DNA of 64,000 bases, taken from assembly GCA_963674745.2 (NCBI GenBank), contig CAXXDV010000003.1:672001-736000 (forward strand). The letters are read 5' to 3'. This stretch comes from Desulfosudaceae bacterium. Its GTDB lineage: Bacteria; Desulfobacterota; Desulfobacteria; Desulfobacterales; Desulfosudaceae. Made by a program: the position numbers and the translations under genes. Positions within the stretch are counted from its first letter, which is position 1. Every line of letters begins with the position of its first letter. Under the pieces are notes generated by a model, which saw only the letters and a program-made list of their open reading frames with translations, was not told the origin of the DNA and made no database searches. Of the stretch, positions 1 to 8,723 are shown piece by piece.

Positions 1-250
1 AAATCAGTTCCGGTGTGGCTTCAAATAATTTGGCAGCGGATTCTTTCATGTCCATTCCGGAGCAAAACCCTTTTTCACCGCTGCCGGTGATGATCAATAC
101 CCGCACATTGTCATTATTCCGAAGATCGTCAAGCAGGGCATCCAGCTCTTCCACCATTTGCTGGTTCAGGGCATTGATGGTTTTGGGGCGGTTTAGTGTC
201 AGCAGGCCGATATGGTCTTTTTCCGTAAACAGAATTGATTGATCCGTCAT
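1..250 (-). CDS. Enoyl-CoA hydratase/isomerase (crotonase) family protein, N-terminal part (runs off window)
   Basis: Not in the ORF track. Manual translation from ATG at 250: MTDQSILFTEKDHIGLLTLNRPKTINALNQQM...VRVLIITGSGEKGFCSGMDM, with crotonase LNRP..NAL and FCSGxD motifs. Confidence 0.88.
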   Translation of the reverse strand, partial: MTDQSILFTEKDHIGLLTLNRPKTINALNQQMVEELDALLDDLRNNDNVRVLIITGSGEKGFCSGMDMKESAAKLFEATPELI

Positions 251-433
251 TTTATTTGTCCCCGATTCCTCCGAATATATTTTTGAAATTCTTCAACAAA
301 AGATGATAAGACAAAAGATAAAAATTTATTATGTTTTTCTGAGCCCTGGAAAAATGAAATTATATATTATAAAATATGACGGATATTCAGCCGGAATGCA
401 AGTTCCATGTTACTTTTTCGAGGGAGGGATCAC

Positions 434-895
434 ATGCCGCTTTTTCTGGTTCAGCACGGCAAAAGCTTACCAACCGAAACAGATCCCGAGAAGGGGCTTT
501 CCAGCGAAGGGTTTTCCGAGGTCGAGCGGATCGCGAAAGTCGCTCAAGGATACAATGTGAAGGTATCACGCATTGTCCACAGCGGTAAGAAACGGGCCTT
601 GCAGACGGCCGAAATCTTTGATTCCTTTTTGAAGCCCGCGGGAGGTGTTCACAAAGAAAGCGGGCTGTCCCCCATGGATGATGTGGCGGCCTGGGCGATC
701 AGGGTTGATCCCGCAGACGACCTGATGCTGGTCGGCCATCTCCCTTTTATGAGCAGGCTCACGTCTCTTCTTATTGCCGGATCCACGGATAATCCGGTAT
801 TCAAATTTCAGAACGGCGGTATCGTCTGCCTTGATATCGATCCGGACAGCCGTTCCTGGGTGATCCGCTGGACGCTTTGCCCGAATATTTCATGA
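434..895 (+). CDS. sixA: Phosphohistidine phosphatase SixA
   Basis: LVQHG (RHG-like), HSGKKRALQTAE and LVGHLP motifs; GGAGG SD before ATG 434. Confidence 0.85.
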   Translation: MPLFLVQHGKSLPTETDPEKGLSSEGFSEVERIAKVAQGYNVKVSRIVHSGKKRALQTAEIFDSFLKPAGGVHKESGLSPMDDVAAWAIRVDPADDLMLVGHLPFMSRLTSLLIAGSTDNPVFKFQNGGIVCLDIDPDSRSWVIRWTLCPNIS

Positions 896-1003
896 AATTT
901 TTCAACAACAGATAACGAGATGTTGCCAGTAAAAAAAGCTGTATTTCAAAAAACAAACGGCCATTTACTGTATTTATGGAATTTTTGCATTGTTTAAGGA
1001 GCA

Positions 1004-1837
1004 GTGGTGCGGGTTAATATCATTTGTTTTTCCCAGACCGGTAATACACGGAAAGTCGCGCGGGACATGGCCGGTGTCTTCAAGCAGGATGGACATGACG
1101 TCGGTTATATCTCATTCAGAAAGGCCGGTTACCGGCATTTCACGGAAGCCGATCTCATCGGGGTCGGCGCACCCTGTTTCGAAAGCCAGGCACCGGAACC
1201 GGTCAGAACGTTTTTAAAGCCCCTGCCTCATCTGGAGGGGAAAAAAGCGTTTGTGTTCGCTACTTCCGGAGGCGGCCCCGGCCGGGTATTATATGATCTG
1301 GCCAGGCCCCTTATGGATGCCGGGGCTGATGTGATCGGCGGATTTCTTTGTCGGGGCACCTGCTACTATCCGGTACCCTGCCTGGTCAACCGTTTTCCCG
1401 ATCGGCCGGACCAGGCGGACCTGGCGGACGCCCGGTTTTTCGCCCGGTCGGTTTTGGAACATGTGACTTCCGGGCGGGCGGGGCCATTGCCGGAAACCCG
1501 GCCGGATGCCTTGAAGCATGGATTCGGGTTTTATCATATGCTGGCCGTTTTGTTAAAAGATCCGCTGATTCGAGCCGTCATGCCGGAACCCGTCCTTGAT
1601 CCGGAAAAGTGCGATGAATGCCGGTGGTGCTTTCACGCCTGCCCCACCGGCAGTATTGTGCTAAGCCCTTTACCGCAAATAGGTTCGACCTGCATCAGAT
1701 GCTATCGCTGCATGAATGGCTGCCGACCACAGGCCCTGTCTGTAAAATGGGGCATTTCCAATTTTTTGACATGGACGCTTTACAACAAAACGTTTGAGCG
1801 CTGGCTGGGGGATATTCAGCCCGGTGAAAAGATTTAG
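1004..1837 (+). CDS. Flavodoxin-ferredoxin fusion (EFR1-like 'ferrodoxin')
   Basis: N-terminal FSQTGNT flavodoxin phosphate loop; C-terminal CDECRWCFHACP and CIRCYRCMNGC 2x[4Fe-4S] motifs. Confidence 0.85.
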   Translation: MVRVNIICFSQTGNTRKVARDMAGVFKQDGHDVGYISFRKAGYRHFTEADLIGVGAPCFESQAPEPVRTFLKPLPHLEGKKAFVFATSGGGPGRVLYDLARPLMDAGADVIGGFLCRGTCYYPVPCLVNRFPDRPDQADLADARFFARSVLEHVTSGRAGPLPETRPDALKHGFGFYHMLAVLLKDPLIRAVMPEPVLDPEKCDECRWCFHACPTGSIVLSPLPQIGSTCIRCYRCMNGCRPQALSVKWGISNFLTWTLYNKTFERWLGDIQPGEKI

Positions 1838-1943
1838 AGCGCCTCTAAAAATTGCCTTTTGGCCCGATGTCGGTGTTGTGTCCAAATTTTTAATCCTCAC
1901 GCCTTGACCTCGAACCAACATCCTGATTTCTAGAGATGCACTA
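1835..1943. repeat. MITE-like short element with imperfect terminal inverted repeats, TA at both ends
   Basis: TAGAGCGCCTCTAAAAAT (1835) versus reverse complement of ATTTCTAGAGATGCACTA (ends 1943): 14/18 match. Confidence 0.55.
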
Positions 1944-1969
1944 ATGCTTCAAATATGAGGAGGCGGATG

Positions 1970-2356
1970 ATGGAAAAGATCGCTTATTACAAAAATCTTT
2001 TTTTAATCGGTGCCACCTGGAACTGGCTGGCGACCCTGTCTTTCGCGCTGGGTTACAAATGGATTTTTGCTTTGTTTAGCATGAATTTGCCCGTGTTCCC
2101 GGTATTTTTTATTCTTTTTCTGGGCCTGGCTTTTGTTTTTGGTATCGGATATTACTGGGTGTCCAGGGATATCAACAAAAACCATGATATCGTCAAAATG
2201 GGTATCATCGGAAAAGTGTTCGTCTTTGTGGCCCTCCTGTGGGCTGGTATTTCCGGTCAAATCGCCTGGCCCTTGGCCGGCGCAGGAGTCGTAGATCTGC
2301 TTTTTGCGCTGCTTTTTATCGAATTTCTCATAACCTCGAGTAAACATTTGAATTGA
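1970..2356 (+). CDS. Small 4-TM membrane protein (paralog of 10325..10741)
   Basis: Four hydrophobic segments; AGGAGG SD; shares WN, FGxGY, D..KN, GIIxK, D..ALLF motifs with the paralog. Confidence 0.75.
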   Translation: MEKIAYYKNLFLIGATWNWLATLSFALGYKWIFALFSMNLPVFPVFFILFLGLAFVFGIGYYWVSRDINKNHDIVKMGIIGKVFVFVALLWAGISGQIAWPLAGAGVVDLLFALLFIEFLITSSKHLN

Positions 2357-2563
2357 TTTAGGCTGATATCGATTTTTCCCATCGGAGCACTTTTTTTGTT
2401 TTGGTATTAAGCTTTTGAAAATTATGATACCGTATTTTGAAAAACCGCTATCCTGTCTTTTCTTCTTCTCTAAGAAACGCAGGGTAAACTTTTTTTATTT
2501 GAATCAACGGTAGCCGCCTTGGCTGCTGCCTGTTACAGAGACATCCAAAAGAAAGGATCTAAA

Positions 2564-3052
2564 ATGAAAAAACTGATCGCTGCAATAACCCTTCTGGTTT
2601 TATTAATCCCTTTTTATGCCGTTGCTGACGAGAAAACTGATCTGGCGGAAAAGCTGATAACCCTGACCAATATGGACAAGATGATGGAACAGACAAAACA
2701 GCAGATCCTGCAGATGGAATCGCAGATGGTCGGCCAGTTTGATGTCCCCGAAGAAAAAAAAGCTGATGCGATGGCTTTTCAAAAAAAGCTGACGGAAAAA
2801 ACGTTTGAAATTATGAATTTCGACGATCTGCACAAAGATTATGCGGCCCTCTTTGCGGAGGTTTATTCTCTTGAAGAATTAAAGGGGCTGGTTGCTTTTT
2901 ATGAGTCTCCGGTTGGTCAGAGCATGATTGAAAAACAACCCGTCGTTATTCAAAAGGCCATGCAGATTTCACAAAAACGAATGGCCTCCTTGATTCCCGA
3001 AATCCAGAAAATGTCCGAAGCGTTTAAGGCATCACTGGAAAAAGCGGAATAG
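2564..3052 (+). CDS. Exported DUF2059-domain protein
   Basis: Signal peptide MKKLIAAITLLVLL; YSLEELKGLVAFYESPVGQ motif. Confidence 0.85.
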   Translation: MKKLIAAITLLVLLIPFYAVADEKTDLAEKLITLTNMDKMMEQTKQQILQMESQMVGQFDVPEEKKADAMAFQKKLTEKTFEIMNFDDLHKDYAALFAEVYSLEELKGLVAFYESPVGQSMIEKQPVVIQKAMQISQKRMASLIPEIQKMSEAFKASLEKAE

Positions 3053-3071
3053 CGAACAAAAAAGTTGAATG

Positions 3072-3104
3072 ATGGGCGGTGGAAAAGACCACCGCCCATT
3101 TTTT
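3072..3104 (+). terminator. Rho-independent terminator between convergent genes
   Basis: ATGGGCGGTGG-aaaaga-CCACCGCCCAT perfect 11-bp stem followed by a T run. Confidence 0.85.
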
Positions 3105-3110
3105 ATCGTA

Positions 3111-4592
3111 TTATCTTGCTGTTACTGCTTTTAGAAAGCACCCGCCGCCGCTGCCGCTGCCGCTGCTGTTTGGATTAACGGGGGCGGTATCGTCACCGCC
3201 ATTATCATCGGTATCAAACAAACCCGGTCCGGACGGATCATTAAAGATGCCGTTGGCCTCACCGTCCGCGTCACCGGGACCGCCGTCCTGGGCCATGATG
3301 GTCAATGACATGCGGTCTTCGCTGATGACCACATAATCTGAAAAATCATACCAGCCGACAGCCGGGTCGTATTTATACCAGACCGCGCCTTCGGGGATCG
3401 GTTCTGAGAAATAGAAGGTCAGTTCGACGGTGTCTCCCGGGTTTGCCATCAAGGCGCTGAAGTTGATCAGCCCCAGCGGTAGCTGGTCCGGCCGGTTGCT
3501 GGAATCGTCAATAGTTGATGGGTCGATCCACTCCAGAAGTTCAAGGCTGATCCCCGGAGGAACCACAACACCGATAAATAAATCACCGGCGGTGCCACCG
3601 GGCGTGACCCGCATGTCGTCCTGGTCACGGTCGGGAATGCCGTTGCCGTCCATGTCCAGGTCTTCGGGTATCCCATTGTCATCATCTGCATCCAGACAGT
3701 CCGGTATGCCGTTCTGATCATTGTCATCGTCTGTCACACCGCAACCGCAGGCGCCCGGATCGATTTTGTCCGGATCGTTGGGGCAAAGATCTCTGTCATC
3801 GGGTGTGCCGTCGCCATCACTGTCCAGTTTGTCAAAATTGGCTGTAACCGCTTTGTTCCTGTTCATAATGAGGGTACAATCGGTGGTGCCGGTGCAGGCA
3901 TCAGACCATCCGACAAAGGTGCTTCCTTCATCCGCAATGGCCGTCAGCGGGACAAATGCGCCGGGGGTATAATACTGCATGCAATCGTCGCCGCAATCAA
4001 TGCCCGGAAACTCGCTGACGACCGTGCCATCGCCTTCCCCGGCCTTGACCACGGTCAGCCTGTAACGTTGCGGTGGTTGCGGGCCCTCATTGGGTTCTTG
4101 TTCAGGTTGATAGACATAGGTTTGATCATAAACGACGTCGTTACCGCCATTGGGATCGTATGTCGACGAGGAAACAAACGCCTGGTTAAGCAGTATACCT
4201 TCTCCGAAGCTGTCGACAGTGACGACAAGGGTATATTGGCCGCTGCCGCCGGCCGCGATCGATCCCAGAAAGCAGGTCGGGCAGCCAGCGGGGTCTTCCG
4301 CACACCCGGTAGTTGACACAAACGTTACTTCAGGCGGCAGAATGTCGCTAACGGTCACACCATCAGCCGTATCTGGTCCATGGTTGGTGACGGTAATGGT
4401 ATAGGTCAGGGTATCGCCCAGATTGACGGGATTATTGTCACCGGATTTGATGATCGACAGATCCGCTTCCAGAGGCCCGACAGCAGCCCAGCCGGTTGAG
4501 AATAATAGCGGAACGGCAATAAAACAAACGGCTGCCAATAATGAAAAGACAGGCGACGGTTTCGTTAAAGGATTTTTTGATGATGATTTCAC
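3111..4592 (-). CDS. Secreted/surface protein: DUF11 + InlB B-repeat-like domain + Asp-rich TSP3-like repeats + choice-of-anchor-U-like domain, ending in GGGCF tail
   Basis: Signal peptide; ADLSIIK...YTITVTNHGPD (DUF11); FVGWSDAC; DSDGDGTPD repeats; WYKYDP...QDGGPGDADG...DPSG; C-terminus SGSGSGGGCFLKAVTAR. Confidence 0.78.
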   Translation of the reverse strand: MKSSSKNPLTKPSPVFSLLAAVCFIAVPLLFSTGWAAVGPLEADLSIIKSGDNNPVNLGDTLTYTITVTNHGPDTADGVTVSDILPPEVTFVSTTGCAEDPAGCPTCFLGSIAAGGSGQYTLVVTVDSFGEGILLNQAFVSSSTYDPNGGNDVVYDQTYVYQPEQEPNEGPQPPQRYRLTVVKAGEGDGTVVSEFPGIDCGDDCMQYYTPGAFVPLTAIADEGSTFVGWSDACTGTTDCTLIMNRNKAVTANFDKLDSDGDGTPDDRDLCPNDPDKIDPGACGCGVTDDDNDQNGIPDCLDADDDNGIPEDLDMDGNGIPDRDQDDMRVTPGGTAGDLFIGVVVPPGISLELLEWIDPSTIDDSSNRPDQLPLGLINFSALMANPGDTVELTFYFSEPIPEGAVWYKYDPAVGWYDFSDYVVISEDRMSLTIMAQDGGPGDADGEANGIFNDPSGPGLFDTDDNGGDDTAPVNPNSSGSGSGGGCFLKAVTAR

Positions 4593-4713
4593 TTGTAACC
4601 CCCATATTCTGATAATGATTCTGAAAAGTTAATCCCGCGTATGAATAATGTTATTTCCCCGTTTCACCTGAAGAATTTTAAATAGTCTATTTTTCGGTAT
4701 GATACAAGCTAAA

Positions 4714-5343
4714 TTACATCCAGCCAAGAATATTGACGAATACAATCCACAAAACGATATCTGCCGTCAGGAGGCTGAAAAACAGGGTGGCTTTGCCTTT
4801 TAATCCCAGGTTGTCATAAACCCAGACGACCAGAAAAAAAGGCGCGGTATAGGCAAGCAAAATAAATTCAATATGGGGCCAGGACCAGTATTTATATTCC
4901 CAGACAAGAATACCGAAATAGTTCAGCGCCACCTCGACCAGGATACAGAATATCCCCATGGCAACGGGAATAAAAATCCGGTTGGGGACGCCCAGGATGG
5001 TGATGTTTTTATCCATGGACAGGAGCTTGGCAAAAATAATGCCGGCCGTGCAGAACATCAGGCTGATTTCGATATTGACGCCGATCAGGATGACAAAGGC
5101 CGAGCTTTTCGGTGTCATCCACAAACCGGCGTAATTGGTAAAATGCAGAACAAGTCCATTGATAAATTCCGGCAGAAAAACGGCCACCGAAAATATCAGG
5201 CCCAGCAGGACGTTGTCCCAGGCTTTTCTTTCGATCTCAACCGTGTAAACATATAATAAAAATGGAATATAAAGAATAATGTAGGGCTGAAAATGGTCCG
5301 GGCTTCTGAGTATGCTCAGTGTCTGCAGGGTCGCTTCGGTCAT
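4714..5343 (-). CDS. Polytopic membrane protein of unknown function
   Basis: 209-aa ORF with about six hydrophobic segments; AGGAG SD. Confidence 0.75.
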   Translation of the reverse strand: MTEATLQTLSILRSPDHFQPYIILYIPFLLYVYTVEIERKAWDNVLLGLIFSVAVFLPEFINGLVLHFTNYAGLWMTPKSSAFVILIGVNIEISLMFCTAGIIFAKLLSMDKNITILGVPNRIFIPVAMGIFCILVEVALNYFGILVWEYKYWSWPHIEFILLAYTAPFFLVVWVYDNLGLKGKATLFFSLLTADIVLWIVFVNILGWM

Positions 5344-5388
5344 GGCTGGCTCCTGTCCTTGGTGGATCTTACGCTTTTTCCCGTTTGG

Positions 5389-6186
5389 TTATTTCAGAAT
5401 CATTTCAGGGGCGCAATCGGCCCTTTGTTCTTTCATTAATTGCAGCTTTTTCTTGTATCTCGATTGAACAATATCGGTCATCACCATGACAAAGATAATA
5501 AAATAAAAGGTGGCCTTGTTCATGGGGGTGATGGCATGACCTAATAACCGCAGATGCGCCAGGTGGCCGCCTTCGGAAAGAAGCATGACGCCGACCACAA
5601 AAAGAATAAACAGGCCAAGCACTTCATACATCCGGTTTTTTTGCAGGAAAGCCGCTACACGATCAGCCAGCCATATCATCAGAATCCCGCCCATGATAAT
5701 CGCCGCGGCCATTACCCAAAACACGTGGGTCAGGGCAATGGCGCTCAATATGGAGTCAAATGAGAAGACGGCATTCATGGAAACGATCAGAAAAACGATC
5801 ATGGCCACGGATTGCTGCTGCCGTATTTCATGGACAACATCTTCCATGCTCATCATATGAAGCACTTCCCGGGTTGCCGTGTACATAATAAACACGCCGC
5901 CCAGCAGGACAACCAGGCCGTGCAGATTTAATTCACTTTCGATCACACCGGTCATGTTGATACTCATAAAAGGCTCATGGAAATAGTCGATCAGCCTGAG
6001 CAGAATGAACAGTAAAAAAATCCGTAATAAAACGGCCAGACCGATTCCCAGCCGCCTGACAAAGGCCTGTCTGTGTTCCGGTGCCCGCCTGGATTCAATG
6101 GAGATGTAAAGCAGGTTGTCAAAACCCAGAACGGCCTGGAGCAGGGTCAATAAACCCAGTGTGATGAAGTTTTCAATGGTAAACAT
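5389..6186 (-). CDS. TerC family integral membrane protein
   Basis: VLGFDNLLYISI and NAVFSFDSILSA motifs; start at MFTIENF after GGAGG. Confidence 0.88.
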   Translation of the reverse strand: MFTIENFITLGLLTLLQAVLGFDNLLYISIESRRAPEHRQAFVRRLGIGLAVLLRIFLLFILLRLIDYFHEPFMSINMTGVIESELNLHGLVVLLGGVFIMYTATREVLHMMSMEDVVHEIRQQQSVAMIVFLIVSMNAVFSFDSILSAIALTHVFWVMAAAIIMGGILMIWLADRVAAFLQKNRMYEVLGLFILFVVGVMLLSEGGHLAHLRLLGHAITPMNKATFYFIIFVMVMTDIVQSRYKKKLQLMKEQRADCAPEMILK

Positions 6187-6259
6187 TTGCTTGTTTTTCC
6201 TCCCGCAAAATAGGCAATAAATCAAAGCGACTGAAATTGTCATTCTAGAATTTTTCGGG

Positions 6260-7057
6260 TCAGGCACCCGAGAATTTGGGTTTGCGTTTCTGAAGATAGG
6301 CTTCGACACCTTCTTTAAAATCTTCGGAAAGCAGGGTCAACACAAACTGATCGACATCCATATGCGTGGTTGATTTGTCCAGGGCGTTGGCGACGGCGTT
6401 TACGGTCTGCTTGGTCATCGCGGCCGACACAGGCGGCAGGCAAAGGACTTTATCCGCGATTGCCCGGGCTTCATCCATGGTTTTGTTGTCAGGGCAGACC
6501 CTTTGGGCAAACCCCCAGTCATAAGCGTCTTTGGCGTAAACCTTATCACCGAACAGAACAATTTCCTTGGTCCTGGGCGGGCCAACCAGATGAACCAGCC
6601 GGGGGATCGTGGCCCAGCTCATGTTCATGGCCAGCCCGATTTCCGGAACCCGCATAAAGGCCGATTCCGCCATGACACGGAAGTCGCAGGCGCAGGCCAG
6701 GGAAACACCGCCGCCCACGCAGAAGCCTTCTATGGCGCATATGGTTATCTGATCCAGTTCTTCCCACATCCGGCACATCCTGGGGCCATATGCCATTAAT
6801 TTGCGTTTTTCAGCCAGGGTGGCGGTAAGCACTTGCGCCAGAGCAGGGTCGGCAAGATCGACGCCGGCACTGAAGCAACCGCCCGCGCCGGTTAAAATGA
6901 TCGCAGACACATCGGAACGCTTTTGAAAGCTTGCGGCCACGTCACAGAGTTTGTCCAGTACGTCCACGGACATGGCATTTTTTTGCCCGGGCCGGTTGAT
7001 GGTCACAATCGCCAGGGCGCCGTCATGGGTTGTGGTAATGACATTTTCATGAGTCAT
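6260..7057 (-). CDS. Enoyl-CoA hydratase/isomerase family protein
   Basis: INRPGQKNAM, FSAGVDL, GFCVGGG, PEIGL, KRKPKF motifs. Confidence 0.92.
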   Translation of the reverse strand: MTHENVITTTHDGALAIVTINRPGQKNAMSVDVLDKLCDVAASFQKRSDVSAIILTGAGGCFSAGVDLADPALAQVLTATLAEKRKLMAYGPRMCRMWEELDQITICAIEGFCVGGGVSLACACDFRVMAESAFMRVPEIGLAMNMSWATIPRLVHLVGPPRTKEIVLFGDKVYAKDAYDWGFAQRVCPDNKTMDEARAIADKVLCLPPVSAAMTKQTVNAVANALDKSTTHMDVDQFVLTLLSEDFKEGVEAYLQKRKPKFSGA

Positions 7058-7094
7058 ACGAACACCTTGTTATTGATTGATTAATATTTTTGGT

Positions 7095-7143
7095 TCTTCT
7101 CCAATTTAGTGAGCACACAGGGTTCAAGGGGTCGAGGGGTCAA
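7095..7143. repeat. Dispersed intergenic repeat, copy 1 (see 27943..27999)
   Basis: TCTTCTCCAATTTA..TG.GCACA.AGGGTTCAAGG..GGTCGAGGG.TCAA shared with 27943. Confidence 0.8.
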
Positions 7144-7186
7144 ACACTTTTCTGGAATCGGCCGAAGCGATATCTTCAAAGATTTC

Positions 7187-7951
7187 TCAGCCGATAATCG
7201 AATCCAGCAATGAAGTGAGTTGACCCAGGGCCGGGCTGTCGTCCGGTATCTCCATCAGCGACCGGCCGGACAGATCAAAATCCGAAATCACCCGGTCCGG
7301 CTTGATACATCCGTAACACAGCATTTTTTGATCCGTGATCAGTTGAACCAGCTTGTTATCCGCTTCGTCAACACGGTTGAAAATGACGCCGGTTTTAATC
7401 GGGGCCATTTTAGGGATATCGTTGATAATCTCGTCGATCATGACTGCTGTTCTGACACTCCGCATGGAATTGTCGCAGACAATCACCGGGTAGTGAACTG
7501 TTTCGACCACCTTCCGGTTGACCTGTTCCAGGCCGGCTTCGGCGTCAATGATGATCACGTCATACTGGGATGAAATGGCAGCGATGGTTCCCCTGAGCAG
7601 TTCATTTAACGGACAGTAGCAGCCGATGTTATCGGTCCTGCCCATTACCAGGAGACTGAAATCGGGCGCTTCGTACAAGGCTTCGAGTATCAGATAATCG
7701 ATCATGTTGAAAAGGTCGGCCTTTTCTCCGGCGGCCTTTTTTTGCGCGGCTTTGCGGATAATTTTTTCCCGTGCCTGTCCGATTGTCTTCAAGTCTAAAA
7801 CGCCCAGCGAACCTTCAAGGCCCCTGGCCGGATCGGCGTCAACAAAAAGAACCCGTTTGCCCTGACCGGAGAAAATCTTGCCCGTGAGGGCGGACAGGAT
7901 TGTTTTCCCCACCCCGCCTTTGCCGGTAAACGCCATGATCAGGGGACTCAT
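7187..7951 (-). CDS. CooC/AcsF-type MinD-like ATPase (nickel insertase family)
   Basis: Deviant Walker A GKGGVGKT, DADP, Ni-binding GCYC motif, DAEAGLE. Confidence 0.88.
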   Translation of the reverse strand: MSPLIMAFTGKGGVGKTILSALTGKIFSGQGKRVLFVDADPARGLEGSLGVLDLKTIGQAREKIIRKAAQKKAAGEKADLFNMIDYLILEALYEAPDFSLLVMGRTDNIGCYCPLNELLRGTIAAISSQYDVIIIDAEAGLEQVNRKVVETVHYPVIVCDNSMRSVRTAVMIDEIINDIPKMAPIKTGVIFNRVDEADNKLVQLITDQKMLCYGCIKPDRVISDFDLSGRSLMEIPDDSPALGQLTSLLDSIIG

Positions 7952-7952
7952 A

Positions 7953-8723
7953 TCATGATCTCCTTTTTTTCCTTATCGCGGTTCTTATGGTGTCACAAAT
8001 CGGTTTGTCATCGCAGGCGCTGCAATCCAGGTCCGAACAACTGATGGTGCCGTCCGCTTCGAGTCTGAGCCGGGTGTGTTCCCCCCGGATGGCCGCCGCC
8101 CGTTTATGGATATCATCAATGGCGCTGATGACCTCCGGTATTTCCGCCACAATGATCACTTTGACATCTTTTATGTCGGGAAAAGCGTCCCTGTATGCAA
8201 AGATCAGGCACTGACCCAGAGCGGCCAGGGTGAACCCTTTTTTCATCAGGTCGTGGCTGATTCTGATCCAGAGCTTTCCGGGAATACTCCGGGTCATAAA
8301 ACCCGGAATTTTATTCGAGAGGTTTTTTGCGTTGTTAAAATCCGGCGACAGCGGATCAATATCCGGGCCCGGGTTGGTGATGACGGTTACGGCTATCGAT
8401 GCCGGCCCTTTTCCCATATCAGCCAATTCCGTTCCCAGTGTATAAACGGCATCCCGGCCGATATCCGATTCGCAGGTCCACAGAACGGCACTTGACGAAA
8501 TATGTGAGGGGGATCCGATTTCAAGAGCGGTATCACTTTCCGGGACGATAAAGGCGGTTTTCTTTCCGGATTTTTTTGAAACAAAACCAAGCCGTCCGGC
8601 TTCTTTGCCGTTATCAAAGGCGTAAGTCCTGAACGCGTTTTCATTTAGCATGTTCTCGATCAGATGGATCAGCGGCAGGTGGTCGCATACCGGCTGGTCT
8701 GTCCCGTTGCCCGTGTCAGTCAT
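7953..8723 (-). CDS. Truncated acetyl-CoA synthase (AcsB/CdhC) middle-domain-like protein with C-terminal Cys cluster
   Basis: LEIGSP; IPGFMTRS...LWIRISHDLMKKGFTLAALGQCL...AFPDIKDVKVII recalls the AcsB middle domain; C-terminal CSDLDCSACDDKPIC. Confidence 0.62.
   Translation of the reverse strand: MTDTGNGTDQPVCDHLPLIHLIENMLNENAFRTYAFDNGKEAGRLGFVSKKSGKKTAFIVPESDTALEIGSPSHISSSAVLWTCESDIGRDAVYTLGTELADMGKGPASIAVTVITNPGPDIDPLSPDFNNAKNLSNKIPGFMTRSIPGKLWIRISHDLMKKGFTLAALGQCLIFAYRDAFPDIKDVKVIIVAEIPEVISAIDDIHKRAAAIRGEHTRLRLEADGTISCSDLDCSACDDKPICDTIRTAIRKKRRS

Noticed and set aside
5389..6186. Tellurite-resistance ter operon
   Set aside because: Solitary TerC-family gene with no terA/B/D/Z.
7187..8723. 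Genuine CODH/ACS (Wood-Ljungdahl) locus
   Set aside because: No CODH, corrinoid Fe-S protein or AcsE-type methyltransferase; the ACS-like ORF is far too short and lacks the Cys-Gly-Cys site.
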